Below, piece by piece: positions 24,699-36,059 of a DNA stretch of 41,179 nt (the first letter of the stretch is position 1; each line of letters starts with the position of its first letter). The position numbers were made by a program, and so were the translations under genes. The DNA comes from Octopus bimaculoides (lineage: Eukaryota), in NCBI RefSeq assembly GCF_001194135.2, contig NC_068994.1, forward strand, positions 54,784,267-54,825,445, in the 5' to 3' direction. The notes below the pieces were generated by a model. That model worked only from the letters and a program-made list of their open reading frames with translations. It was not told the DNA's origin and did no database searches.

Positions 24699-25050
24699 CC
24701 ATCATGGCTAAAAGTGGAGGAAAGGAAGATTCTGGCAAATTGGGTAGAAATTAAAATTTTTGCTGGATACCAAAGGCGTTCCAGTCTTGATCAGTCCAAC
24801 GAGTCATCACGGCTAAAAAGTAAAAGAAAAAAGGATTTTACTGAATTAATAGAAGTCCTTTTGACTGGAGATCAGCGTCGTTCCAGCTTTGACCCATTCA
24901 ATGTTCCATCGTGATTAGGACCAAAGTTGCGTCCCACCTTTGATCAGCCCAAAGAAACAATGGTTGAAAAATGGAGGAAAGGAAGAATCTAGTAAGTTGG
25001 TAAGGATAATTTTGGCAGGGAACTAGCGGCGTTCCAGCCTGGATGAGGCC
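24699..25050. repeat. Degenerate tandem repeat, about 100-bp unit, 3.5 copies
   Basis: Anchor (G/T)CGT(T/C)CCA(G/C) at 24776, 24878, 24929 and 25029; GGAGGAAAGGAAGA recurs. Confidence 0.75.
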
Positions 25051-25552
25051 TTTTTTGTTGTTGTTGTTTGCATAGAATATGTAGTTACATTATTCAATGC
25101 ATTCTTTCTCAGGGCTTTGATTTGCGGGATGTTTTAGCTGCTATTTCTAATCGGTCGAAGTAAGACTATGTAAGTATACATACGTCTCCACCACTACCAC
25201 TTTCTGTTGGTCCGGCCGCGAAGCACGCGGTTCAGTGAAATATCCATTCTACCAAATCACCAATCTGCTACAACAACAACATCATCATCATCAACAACAA
25301 AAGCACTGTATTTGGAGTTGATGTCCGAAGAAGACAAAAAGAAAAAAAAAGAAGCAATGACGTTATCAGCAACAACAACAACAACAACAACGTTATAAAC
25401 CCATTTGTGATATTTGGCACCGTGTACTGATATTGTAGAAATGTCAGATGGAAGGAAAGAGGAAAGAAACGTTGAACATTTTTAGAGTTGCCAACCTTAC
25501 ATAATGCTAAACCTTACACAGAAACTATATTCAGTCTTTTCGTGACCTTACC

Positions 25553-25602
<50 letters not shown>

Positions 25603-26756
25603 TACTTACACGCATACATACACACACCAGACACATGCACAAATACATTTACAATTCTATCAGTCTATCTGTTTATATTATCTTACATTATCGGTCTGTC
25701 TATTTATCTACGTATCATTTGCCAGACTTTTAAATATGTCTATTTTTTGCCTTCTGTCCATTAAGATTATCCGACTTCCTACTTCCCTCACACATACACT
25801 CATCTGTCTGTCTATCTAATCTATCTATCACAGTGTGTTTGTCTGTTCATCTTATATCAATAGTCTTTTAAATATGCCTGTTGCTTTTTTCAATCTGTAA
25901 TATTGTCCAAATTTCTTTCCTCTCATGAGTATCAGCTACCGCCCTACCCTACTATCTATCTATCTATCTATCTATCTTCGTATCGACTTATCAAACATAT
26001 CTATTGCCTTGTTTTCTGTCCATAAAATGTCCGACTCTCTGCCTCTCTTGTGTATCGTCTGCTTATCTGGCTGCCTTGAACGTCTGCTTCAGTCATTTGT
26101 CTCTATTTCTCTGTCTCTTTCTTTCTAGCTGTAAGACAGTTTCATCCACTATTTCTCTTTCTAAACTTATCGTTCAACATCGCTTACCTTTTCACACTTG
26201 TCAGTTATCAGTCTATTTCTAAAGAGGCGACTTGGCAAAAGGGGCTTTAAGTGGCAAACAAAATCTGGAAGTGTTAAATTTTGGCATTTTAACATAGCTT
26301 CATTTTTCTTTTCTAACGTAGACAGNNNNNNNNNNNNNNNNNNNNNNNNNNNNNNNNNNNNNNNNNNNNNNNNNNNNNNNNNNNNNNNNNNNNNNNNNNN
26401 NNNNNNNNNNNNNNNNNNNNNNNNNNNNNNNNNNNNNNNNNNNNNNNNNNNNNNNNNNNNNNNNNNNNNNNNNNNNNNNNNNNNNNNNNNNNNNNNNNNN
26501 NNNNNNNNNNNNNNNNNNNNNNNNNNNNNNNNNNNNNNNNNNNNNNNNNNNNNNNNNNNNNNNNNNNNNNNNNNNNNNNNNNNNNNNNNNNNNNNNNNNN
26601 NNNNNNNNNNNNNNNNNNNNNNNNNNNNNNNNNNNNNNNNNNNNNNNNNNNNNNNNNNNNNNNNNNNNNNNNNNNNNATAGTATCTTCGTTTCTTTTCGA
26701 TTTCTCTTGACACTCACGTCATTCACGTAACACTTATGAAAGAAAATCTGTTCCCC

Positions 26757-26791
<35 letters not shown>

Positions 26792-26804
26792 CACACACAC
26801 ACAA

Positions 26805-26848
<44 letters not shown>

Positions 26849-26914
26849 CTGTAATATATATATCAGTTAGATCGTTATATATGGATAAATGTCTGTGTGT
26901 GTGGATGGGTGCCA

Positions 26915-27120
26915 TTTATCTTTGACTTGTTTCAGTCATTAGACTGCGGCCATGCTGGGATGCCGCCTTGAAAATTTTTTAGTCGATTGTATTAACCCCA
27001 ACGCTTACATATTTAAAACCTGGTACTTATTCTATCCGTCTCTTTCGCCGAAACGCTAGCTTACAGGGACATAAACACACCAACACCGGTTGTCAAGCGA
27101 TGGTGGAGGACAAACATATA
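26915..27120 (-). mobile_element. Family B SINE tail (central part probably 27525-27650)
   Basis: TTTCAGTCATTAGACTGCGGCCATGCTGGG..., GGTTGTCAAGCGATG. Confidence 0.85.
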
Positions 27121-27126
27121 TACACA

Positions 27127-27338
27127 CGAGTGGGTGCTGAAAAGTTCCTGGCTTTAAGAGTATTGTATAAGGTATGACTGGAGGCCCAGCCTTCCAAGTT
27201 ATTTTACAGGGATTAGAAAAAGAGACGACTGCAATATGTGGGTGAATCTGCGAAGGGAATATGTTGAATAAAATCATAATTAATTGATCTTCCTCTATTT
27301 TCTTTTATCCAAAGCTGAAAAGTCTCAGCACCCCCTTG
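27127..27338 (+). mobile_element. Mariner-derived MITE, about 212 bp
   Basis: Left CGAGTGGGTGCTGAAAAGTTCCTGGCTTT; right AAAGCTGAAAAGTCTCAGCACCCCCTTG; internal VNLRREYVE* resembles a transposase C-terminus. Confidence 0.75.
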
Positions 27339-27959
27339 TGTGTACACACACACACACACACAATCAGATCGTGATAAAACTTCATTAATAATGAACTTTC
27401 TTGTCTTCCATTGCAACTGTTACAAGTTCATATGCGATGACAGCGTCTCCCGATTCAGCAACTCAATATACGTCGTTGCAAATCTTTCCTTGCTTCCATT
27501 TTTTTTGTGTCTCTTCCGGGGGCAAAAACAGACACATACACATATATATGTCGAGCTTCTTTCAGTTTCCGTCTACCAAATCCATTCACAAGGCTTTGGT
27601 TGGCCCGGGGATCTAGCAGAAGAAACTTGCCCAACCTGGAACCCTCAAGAGGAAACGGCTACCCTATCTACNNNNNNNNNNNNNNNNNNNNNNNNNNNNN
27701 NNNNNNNNNNNNNNNNNNNNNNNNNNNNNNNNNNNNNNNNNNNNNNNNNNNNNNNNNNNNNNNNNNNNNNNNNNNNNNNNNNNNNNNNNNNNNNNNNNNN
27801 NNNNNNNNNNNNNNNNNNNNNNNNNNNNNNNNNNNNNNNNNNNNNNNNNNNNNNNNNNNNNNNNNNNNNNNNNNNNNNNNNNNNNNNNNNNNNNAGTGTC
27901 TTCGTGTGCGAATATTAATTATTAGAAAATAAAAATATCAGAAAAGTAAACATAACAGA

Positions 27960-28019
<60 letters not shown>

Positions 28020-28131
28020 TAGAGAGAGAGAAAGAGAGAGAAAGAAAGAGAGAGTGAGGATGTCTAACGATTCTCCCACAATTTAATTGTTTTCCTCCCA
28101 ACACACAATTTCCGATAAAATCTCTTGCCAA

Positions 28132-28525
28132 GGCGTAGGTGTGGCTATGTTGTATAAAGTTTGCTTCCCAACCACATGCTTCGAGGTTCAGTCCTACTGT
28201 GTGGCACCCTGGGCAAGTGTCTTCTATAGCCTCGGGCCTACCGAAGCCCTGTAAATAGATTTGGTAGAGATAAGCTGAAAGAAGCCAGTCATATATAGTG
28301 GCTGTGTGGTAAGTAGCTTGCTTACCAATCACATGGTTCCGGGTTCAGACCCACTGCAAGGCACCTTGGGGAAGTGTCTTCTACTATAGATGGAAACTGA
28401 AAGAAGCCCATCATATATATATGTATGTGTGTACGTTTGTGTGTCTGATTGTCCCACCACCACCACCACCACCACAACATCGCTTGACAACTGATGTTGG
28501 TGTGTTTACGTCCCCATCCCTCTAA
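28132..28525 (+). mobile_element. Two tandem family B SINEs
   Basis: TTGCTT(C/A)CCAA(C/T)CACATG head occurs twice (about 28160 and 28318), each followed by GCACC(C/T)TGGG(C/G)AAGTGTCTTCTA. Confidence 0.9.
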
Positions 28526-28564
28526 ATTGCTGGCGTTGTACGAAAATCTGAAACTATTATATAA

Positions 28565-28745
28565 CTAGTACGCGGCACTTCATTCGTCGTTTTGGTCTGA
28601 GTTCAAATGCCGTCAAGGCCGACTTTGCTCTTCATTCTTCTAGGGGTCGATAAAATAAGTATCTGTTGACTAACAGAGTCGATATAATCGACTAGCCCCT
28701 TCCCCTCAAAATTTCAGGCCTTGTATCTATCGCAGAAAGCATTAT
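28565..28745 (+). mobile_element. SINE family A, degenerate
   Basis: GAGTTCAAATGCC..GACTTTGCTCTTCATTC..GGGGTCGATAAAATAAGTA..AATTTCAGGCCTTGT. Confidence 0.85.
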
Positions 28746-29312
28746 CAATCTGGTATTTTAAATATAAATTTAGATGAAACTCTGATGTAAGGTTTTAATT
28801 TAGATTACTCTAAACAAGTTTGTGTCATTGGGGGCTGTCCCAGGCAGGTTCATAGCAAAAGGATTAAGTTTACCTGTTGTTGTTGTTGTTGTTGTTGTTG
28901 CTTAAGGAAAAACTAATTAAAGGTATCGTGTTCGCTACGAATGCTGTCAACGTTGTTAGCGTTTATTTAACTATTTATAAACCAGTAATAGCTTACCATT
29001 CAAATAATTACCATGCTCCACCGATTCCATTTCATCATTACTATCAGAGTGGTTACCATAGAATCGTCACACGATGTCTTCCAACTCAGAAGGAGTGTGG
29101 GGGGAGGGACGTGGCGGGACAGAGGGCGTCGGGGTTACCAAGATCTATTACAAAGATATTTAATATTCTGTCACTGTTGAAACAGGAAACAAAGAATGAT
29201 CAGTCAGTGATTAGTCATGTCACTTCCGATTCTAGATCTCAGCGATATGTCTTGATGTGATTCCAGTAATTTCATTGATTTCAGCCGAATGGGTTTTGTT
29301 TTATTCATCTAT

Positions 29313-29600
29313 TTATCACTTCCGCCTTGGCGAAGGCGGAGGTATTGTTTTCAGTTGTGTTTCTTTGTTTGTTTATCCGTGGACAAGATATCTCAAGAAC
29401 CGCTGGATGGATTCGGGTTAAACTTTCAGAGATGTTTGGCCCCGTGACTGGCACGAACTGATTAGATTTTGGGATAGATCCAGTACCAAACAAGGATTCT
29501 AGATTATTTTTTCCAATTTTTTTTTTTACTTAATTTTTTGAGCAGTTGGGTTCATTTTTAGTATTCTCGTTTGTGAGAGGAGTCGAGTTTATTTCAGATT
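29313..29600 (+). mobile_element. Helentron-associated (HINE/DINE-1-like) non-autonomous element
   Basis: Starts TTATCAC with hairpin TCCGCCTT-GGCG-AAGGCGGA (29321-29340), then TTTG microsatellite and GATATCTCAAGAACCGCTGGATGGATT; layout recalled from HINE families. Confidence 0.55.
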
Positions 29601-29718
29601 ATCGACTTAATCCCTTTGTCTGTCCTTGTTTGTCCCCTCTATGTTTAGCCCCTTGTGAGCAATAAAGAAATAAATATTAAAATATCGTTTCCATAATGAA
29701 TACAAGGCNNNNNNNNNN

Positions 29719-29890
29719 GGAGAACGATCGATTAAGTGGACGTTCGATGCTTGATGTTTCGATACTTTATTTTATCGATCACCGGAAGGATGAAAAGCAA
29801 AGTTTGGATTTGAACTCATAACGTAAAAACCCGGAACAAATACTGCAAGATGTTTTGCCCGATGCTTTTAACGATTTCTGCCAATCGACC
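29719..29890 (-). mobile_element. SINE family A, degenerate
   Basis: GGAAGGATGAAAAGCAAAG..GGATTTGAACTCATAACG. Confidence 0.75.
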
Positions 29891-29950
29891 GTTCTTTATT
29901 AGATTATGATATCGTCACAACATCGCGTTGGGCAAATCAATAACTCGGTC

Positions 29951-30129
29951 GCAAAATCTTTGATATAATTGCGAAGTCTTCTGACTGAATCGCGGACTCT
30001 TTGACTTAGCCACGAATTCTGTGGTTCAATTGCCGTTAATTTGATTCAGTCACAGTGTTTGATTTAGTCGGCAAGTCTTTAACTAAGTTGCGAAGTTTTT
30101 GATTCAATCATAAAGTCTTTGACTGTAAA
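29951..30129. repeat. Nine degenerate 20-bp tandem units, consensus about GCGAAGTCTTTGACTYARTY
   Basis: Units start at 29951, 29971, 29992, 30012, 30032, 30052, 30070, 30090 and 30110. Confidence 0.8.
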
Positions 30130-30907
30130 TTGGTAACCAGCGAATTATTAATCTTTGCCTGCTAGATGGTTTTCTGGAACTTTCGGTAAAAATTCTGATT
30201 GATACATAAATGCTAGCTGTATACGTGAAAAAGTTGAAAATCTGCCATATAATATACGCGTAAATACATTCACACAAACATACACTGAAAAAAATAATAT
30301 ATACATATACACATGCAGGTGCACATATCTATATATATACACATACACATGCATATATATGTATATATGCACTTAAACAAACAAATAAGCACACAAATAT
30401 ATACATTTACACGCGTTTATATACGCACAGATAGCGTTACATACTTTAAAAGTAATATTTATCTCATAAACAAATATGAACATTACTTAGAAAGTTTATT
30501 TTAAATCTAATAAAATGAAAAATATGGAATATTTCAGGAAAAATTTATGTAAGCATAAGTAGTTGAATAAATGAATCTTAAAATGAAATTTTGAAAACTA
30601 AAGTTGTGTCTCGGACACGAACGCAACTTGCAGTTGGTAATATGAGCCACTTGATTTGACTGTCCGAAACAGCAGCCAAATCTCCCTTGAATCACATCAT
30701 AACCATCTTGAAAAAAAAAAAAAAAAAAAAAATGAACAGATTGGGCAATATAGTCATAGATATACAAAAAGATGGGATGGCTGCATCTGGAACGCCTTTG
30801 ATGATAGGTTTTCTCAATCAGAGCTGATCGGGCCTAAACATCAAAAATTACCGATGGGAGGGTACAAACAAATGATCTCTGGTCCAGTACTCCACTGACG
30901 CGGTCAC

Positions 30908-31367
30908 AGGTGCAAGAGTGACTGTGTGGTAAGTAGCTTGCTTCCCAACCACATGGTTCCGGTTTCGGTCCCACTGCGTGGCACCTTGGGCAAGTGTCTA
31001 CTATATATAGCTTCGGACCGACTTGTGAATGGATTTGGTAGACAGAAACTGAAAGAAGCCCGACATATATGTGTGTGTGTGTGTCCTCCCATCATCGCTT
31101 GACACCGATGTTGGTGTGTTTATGTCCCCGTAACATCGCAGTTCGGCAGAAACGTTAGGACGCCGGGCGAAATGCTTAGCGGTATTTCGTCTGCCGTCAC
31201 GTTCTGAGTTCAAATTCCGCCGAGGTCGACTTTGCCTTTCATCCTTTCGAGGTCGATAAATTAAGTACCAGTTACGCACTGGGGTCGATGTAATCGACTT
31301 AATCCCTTTGTCTGTCCTTGTTTGCCCCCTCTATGTTTAGCCCCTTGTGGGCAATAAAGAAATAAGA
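30908..31367 (+). mobile_element. Chimeric SINE: family B (30908-31148) joined to family A (31145-31367)
   Basis: B head, CORE and tail run to CAGTTCGGCA, then switch to GGCAGAAACGTTAG of family A. Confidence 0.9.
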
Positions 31368-31732
31368 GACATAGTACTTATTTTATCAGTCAACAAAATA
31401 CTGGCGATTGCTACTAGATGCAGATTTCCCAAAAGAAAACCTACAAAAAAATTTTCATTGCGTCTAATATGCGAATACCACCAATTGAAAATTGAGCAGA
31501 GATTAAAAATAATAATTGGCTTTGAAAAATTTAGTTTGTACTACCACTAGATACAGCAATCTATACTATAATAATGAGGGAGAGAGAGAGAGAGAGAGAG
31601 ACCAGCAAGTAACCTAATTTCAATGAGGCTATATTGGCTGACGACCTTAAAAACTATCCTGTTGAAATAAAAGCTGTGTATCAACAAATGTAGTGATGAT
31701 TTTAAAAAAAGCGTGTATGTGTGAAATATAGA

Positions 31733-32530
31733 CTAGCAGAAATACCCGGCATTGGTCGGGATTAAAATGGTATAGCTTGTTTATATATATTAGTTATGTT
31801 GAAACAGGTGATACGGGAAAGTGCAGCATTGACAAAACATTTGTAGATGAAATGGTCTAACTCGACTAAACAACATGTAATACATCTGTTTGGAGAATTC
31901 CATGCTCTAGCCTATCATGGAAAATTGGGGGTGGGGGAGTATGTAATTTTTGAATTCACCGCAAAGTTGTCAGTGGATGTACTCGCCTTTGAGGCGGTCA
32001 GCACTGCGTCTAACACGACCCATCATATAGTTGACAGTCAAATGAATGGAGGTGTATTGGAAATATTATACGTAAATGGGTACATTCCGGAAATGGGCTG
32101 CAATGGGAGACGGAAACGGGGAAGTGAACTGCTGAAAGAGGTTGAGGAGGAGCTGGTAGTGCTGGAAATATTACCTTACAGCCTGAGCAGCATATGCCTT
32201 TAGTTTAATTTGAAAATTCGAAAGCATTGCAGAAACGATAATTTGAGTGTAGCACACCAATTTGTACAGAAATATCATTTTTATAAGAATGGGATGGATC
32301 ATATATGAAAGGAGCTCCAGATGTTATGAAGAACGAATTTGTATGTGGTCTGTTTCTGAGAGCGATTGTATTGGACTTCTGTCTAATCTGGCGTGCTAAA
32401 CATTGTTCTAATGAATCAGCATTAAGTATTGCAGCATGCCTTAGCTGATCTTGGGAAAGTTTCATCCCCTTTCTCTGTTGAGACACTCGCATTTGGTTTT
32501 CTGCACTCGTCCTCGCTTTATACATGTTTC
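31733..32530 (-). mobile_element. Internally deleted Helitron: N-terminal ORF fragment plus 3' terminus
   Basis: Minus strand YDPSHSYKNDISVQIGVLHSNYRFCNAFEFSN*TKGICCSGCKVIFPALPAPPQPL..HFRN..FQYTS (Helitron Cys-rich region); hairpin at 31745-31760, then CTAG (31736-31733) followed by T. Confidence 0.8.
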
Positions 32531-33279
32531 TGGAGATATTACGTCTTTTCTTTAGTGGAATATTTTTTTTAATATTGTATACAAAAAATTATGAACATAG
32601 AAAAAATATACATTAATCTCTATTTTTGAAAGCAGTCGTCTGTACATAGAATGTCCGTATTTTTGTATGCAGTGTAAATGAACGAAATAGAAGCACATGT
32701 CTGGAACAGTTAATTCACCGGTAAATGCCACAATAATTATTACAGAGAGACAAAAAATTGTATATTTTACCTTGCAATTGCTGCGATAATTATTAACTGG
32801 TTATAGAACAGTAAATGTGTATTGTTTTTAAAAGAATTGAAAATAAGATTTCGTATGGACACTGGCCAGCCCGCACTACACACACATCACTGAGTGTATA
32901 ACATAAGCAACACACAGCAAGGAGAAACAGACAACAATAAAATAACACGTGATAATTTTTTTTTCTTTCTAAAAACGTTCAATGACGTTAACTGGAGTGT
33001 GGGGTTCGAGTAGACGTCATTCCACCTTTTCATTTATCATTACTATTCTTTTCATTCGATTTTATTTTTTACCCAGTTTTGTGTTTTGTCTGTTCTTGTG
33101 CTATCCTCTCTGGGTTTCGACCCTGTGTAGTTAAGAAAAAAAATACTCAAGTCATCAGATATTTATATGTATGTGTAAATACTTCCGCAACTTGAAATTT
33201 TTCGAATGAAGTACGAAAGGGATATCTTCCTTAACTTCTCAACGCGAAACTCTAGCTAACAAAATTTCTACTTTATCTA

Positions 33280-34597
33280 TTGGATTGGCAACTAAGTTCC
33301 CTTCGTTTTTTAAATTAAAATTTTTTGAAGGGTTTAATAAAAATAACAACTAATTAATCAATAATATATTCACCCTTGTTGTTTATAATTTCTTCCCAAC
33401 GTTCAACAAGATTTTCAATACCTCCTTGGTAGAAATCACCTGATTTCAACTCGAAAAATTGATCCAACCAAGCTCTCAATTCTGCATCAGTATTGAATGA
33501 AACTCTGTACATAGCATTTGAAAGAGATCGAAAGAGGTGGAAATCCGTTGGTGCCAAATCAGGAGAGTACGGTGGGTGTGGCAGCACTTCCCAGCCATGC
33601 GTTTGAATGGCTTCCTTGGTCATATTAGCGATATGAGGGTGTCGTGCAGCAGAAGAACTCCATGCTGCCGATTAGGTCTTTTCTCTTGAATAGCCGTATT
33701 GAGTCGTTCCATCTGCTGAACATAAAGTTCCGCGTTGACCGTTTGGTTCCGTTCAAGCAATTCGTAATGGATAATCCCTTCCCAGTCTCACCATACGCAC
33801 AACATCATTTTACGGGGCTAAGCCATTCGTTACGCTGCTTTATATTGATGTACAAGTACCATTTTTTGTCGCCAGTAACGATTCGGTAAAGAAATCGTTG
33901 CTTGTGCCCATGAGCTGAACGGTGACGAGCAAGCAAACCAGCGGAGATTGTGGCTCGTTGATTTTTGTTGTTGTCACTTATAGCATGCGGAACCCATGCT
34001 CCATACTTTTGAACCTTTCCCATCGAATGAAGATGTTTCTCTATAGCAGTGTGGGAGCATTCCATTTTCACTGCCAGTTCCCTTATCGTTTGACGAGAAT
34101 TTNNNNNNNNNNNNNNNNNNNNNNNNNNNNNNNNNNNNNNNNNNNNNNNNNNNNNNNNNNNNNNNNNNNNNNNNNNNNNNNNNNNNNNNNNNNNNNNNNN
34201 NNNNNNNNNNNNNNNNNNNNNNNNNNNNNNNNNNNNNNNNNNNNNNNNNNNNNNNNNNNNNNNNNNNNNNNNNNNNNNNNNNNNNNNNNNNNNNNNNNNN
34301 NNNNNNNNNNNNNNNNNNNNNNNNNNNNNNNNNNNNNNNNNNNNNNNNNNNNNNNNNNNNNNNNNNNNNNNNNNNNNNNNNNNNNNNNNNNNNNNNNNNN
34401 NNNNNNNNNNNNNNNNNNNNNNNNNNNNNNNNNNNNNNNNNNNNNNNNNNNNNNNNNNNNNNNNNNNNNNNNNNNNNNNNNNNNNNNNNNNNNNNNNNNN
34501 NNNNNNNNNNNNNNNNNNNNNNNNNNNNNNNNNNNNNNNNNNNNNNNGAATAAATTCCAAAGTTAAAAAAACGGCGGGAACTTAGTTGCCAACCCAG
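33280..34597 (-). mobile_element. Mariner transposon, 1318 bp, defective; 445 N inside
   Basis: About 32-bp TIRs (4 mismatches), TA at 33278-79 and 34598-99; WVPH, RIVTGDKKW and HPPYSPDLAPTDFHLFRSL motifs; stop in KMMLCVW* and deletions before KMML and within HDNARPH. Confidence 0.96.
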
Positions 34598-34999
34598 TAT
34601 TAGAAATAGTAGCCGACTAATTCCTCTAGTAACACTACAATTTTCTCAGTAAAAGGATTTGTAGGATAATATTGTTTTGGATTTACTGCTACACAGAGAA
34701 AATAGATGAGAGGGTCATGGCTGGAATTTCCGTTCATCATAAATCAGTTTATTCAGGGCTGATCTGGAGTTGCCAGCAACAACAAAAACCAACAAGTGCA
34801 AAAACAACGACAAATTGCCAGGATGTGGTTTTATTAAGGAATGCCAAGAAGAAGAAGAAGAAGAAGAACAACAACAACAACAACAACACGAAGAAAAGTA
34901 AGAATAAAAATTACTACGGATAACAAGTCCAAAAGTTGATACCAATAATTAGTGTCAGAGTAAGGAAGATGTTACTAAGTACAGAGACTGATTCGGGAG

Positions 35000-35250
35000 T
35001 GGGAGGGAGAGGAGAATGAGCGAGGGAGAGGGAGAGAGAGAGTGGGAGAGAGAGGAGAATGAGCGAGGGAGAGGGAGAGAGAGAGTGGGAGAGAGAGAGA
35101 GTGGGAGAGAGAGAGAGTGGGAGAGAGAGAGTGGGAGAGAGAGTGGGAGAGAGAGAGTCGAAGAGAGAGAGAGTCGGAGAGAGGGAGTGGGAGAGAGAGA
35201 GAGTGGGAGAGAGAGAGAGAGTGGGAGAGAGAGAAAGTGGGGGAGAGAGA
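35000..35250. repeat. Polypurine GAGTGGGAGA(GA)n minisatellite
   Basis: Direct reading. Confidence 0.93.
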
Positions 35251-35891
35251 GTATTGCCTTGGGTTGTTTTAGATTCAATTAGTTTAGCATATTATATTAA
35301 CTAGCAGAAAAGAAGAAAAACGACCGGCGGGCAGAATTTCTGGTAGCCATTACGATAAGGTTAAACAATACATACATACATACATACAAACATACATACA
35401 AACATACATATACATACATACATATATACATACATGCATACATAATGCATGCATACGTATACATACATACATGCATACGTATACATACATACATATACAT
35501 ACANNNNNNNNNNNNNNNNNNNNNNNNNNNNNNNNNNNNNNNNNNNNNNNNNNNNNNNNNNNNNNNNNNNNNNNNNNNNNNNNNNNNNNNNNNNNNNNNN
35601 NNNNNNNNNNNNNNNNNNNNNNNNNNNNNNNNNNNNNNNNNNNNNNNNNNNNNNNNNNNNNNNNNNNNNNNNNNNNNNNNNNNNNNNNNNNNNNNNNNNN
35701 NNNNNNNNNNNNNNNNNNNNNNNNNNNNNNNNNNNNNNNNNNNNNNNNNNNNNNNNNNNNNNNNNNNNNCTATATATATATATATATATAGCATACGTTG
35801 GTTTATGTCGGACGCATGAGAGCGAAGTGCTTGATACGTGTAGTACAGGATATGAGTCTTTTTTTTTTTTTGAAACAGAAGGGAAAAGTTT

Positions 35892-35936
35892 TCCTCACGA
35901 CTCGATTTTCCCGCCACTGAGATCTTCAGGCGAGAA
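35892..35936 (-). ncRNA. Candidate minimal type I hammerhead ribozyme
   Basis: Minus strand TTCTCGC-CTGAAGA-TCTCAGTGGCGG-GAAA-ATCGA-GTC-GTGAGGA: 7-bp stem I, intact core, GUC site, TCGA palindromic loop III, weak stem II. Confidence 0.5.
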
Positions 35937-36059
35937 TGCAGTGGCGTAAAACTCGAAGCATGTGACAATCCTTCATTTTCAGTTTCAATAGAAAGAATTC
36001 ATATCCTCTACAACATGTATTGAGCACGACTCACTTTCTCTTTCGTTCGACATAATTAT

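Noticed and set aside
29951-30129. CRISPR-like array
   Set aside because: Contiguous degenerate units with no unique spacers, in eukaryotic context.
31847-32203. 118-aa plus-strand ORF
   Set aside because: Antisense shadow of the Helitron coding fragment.
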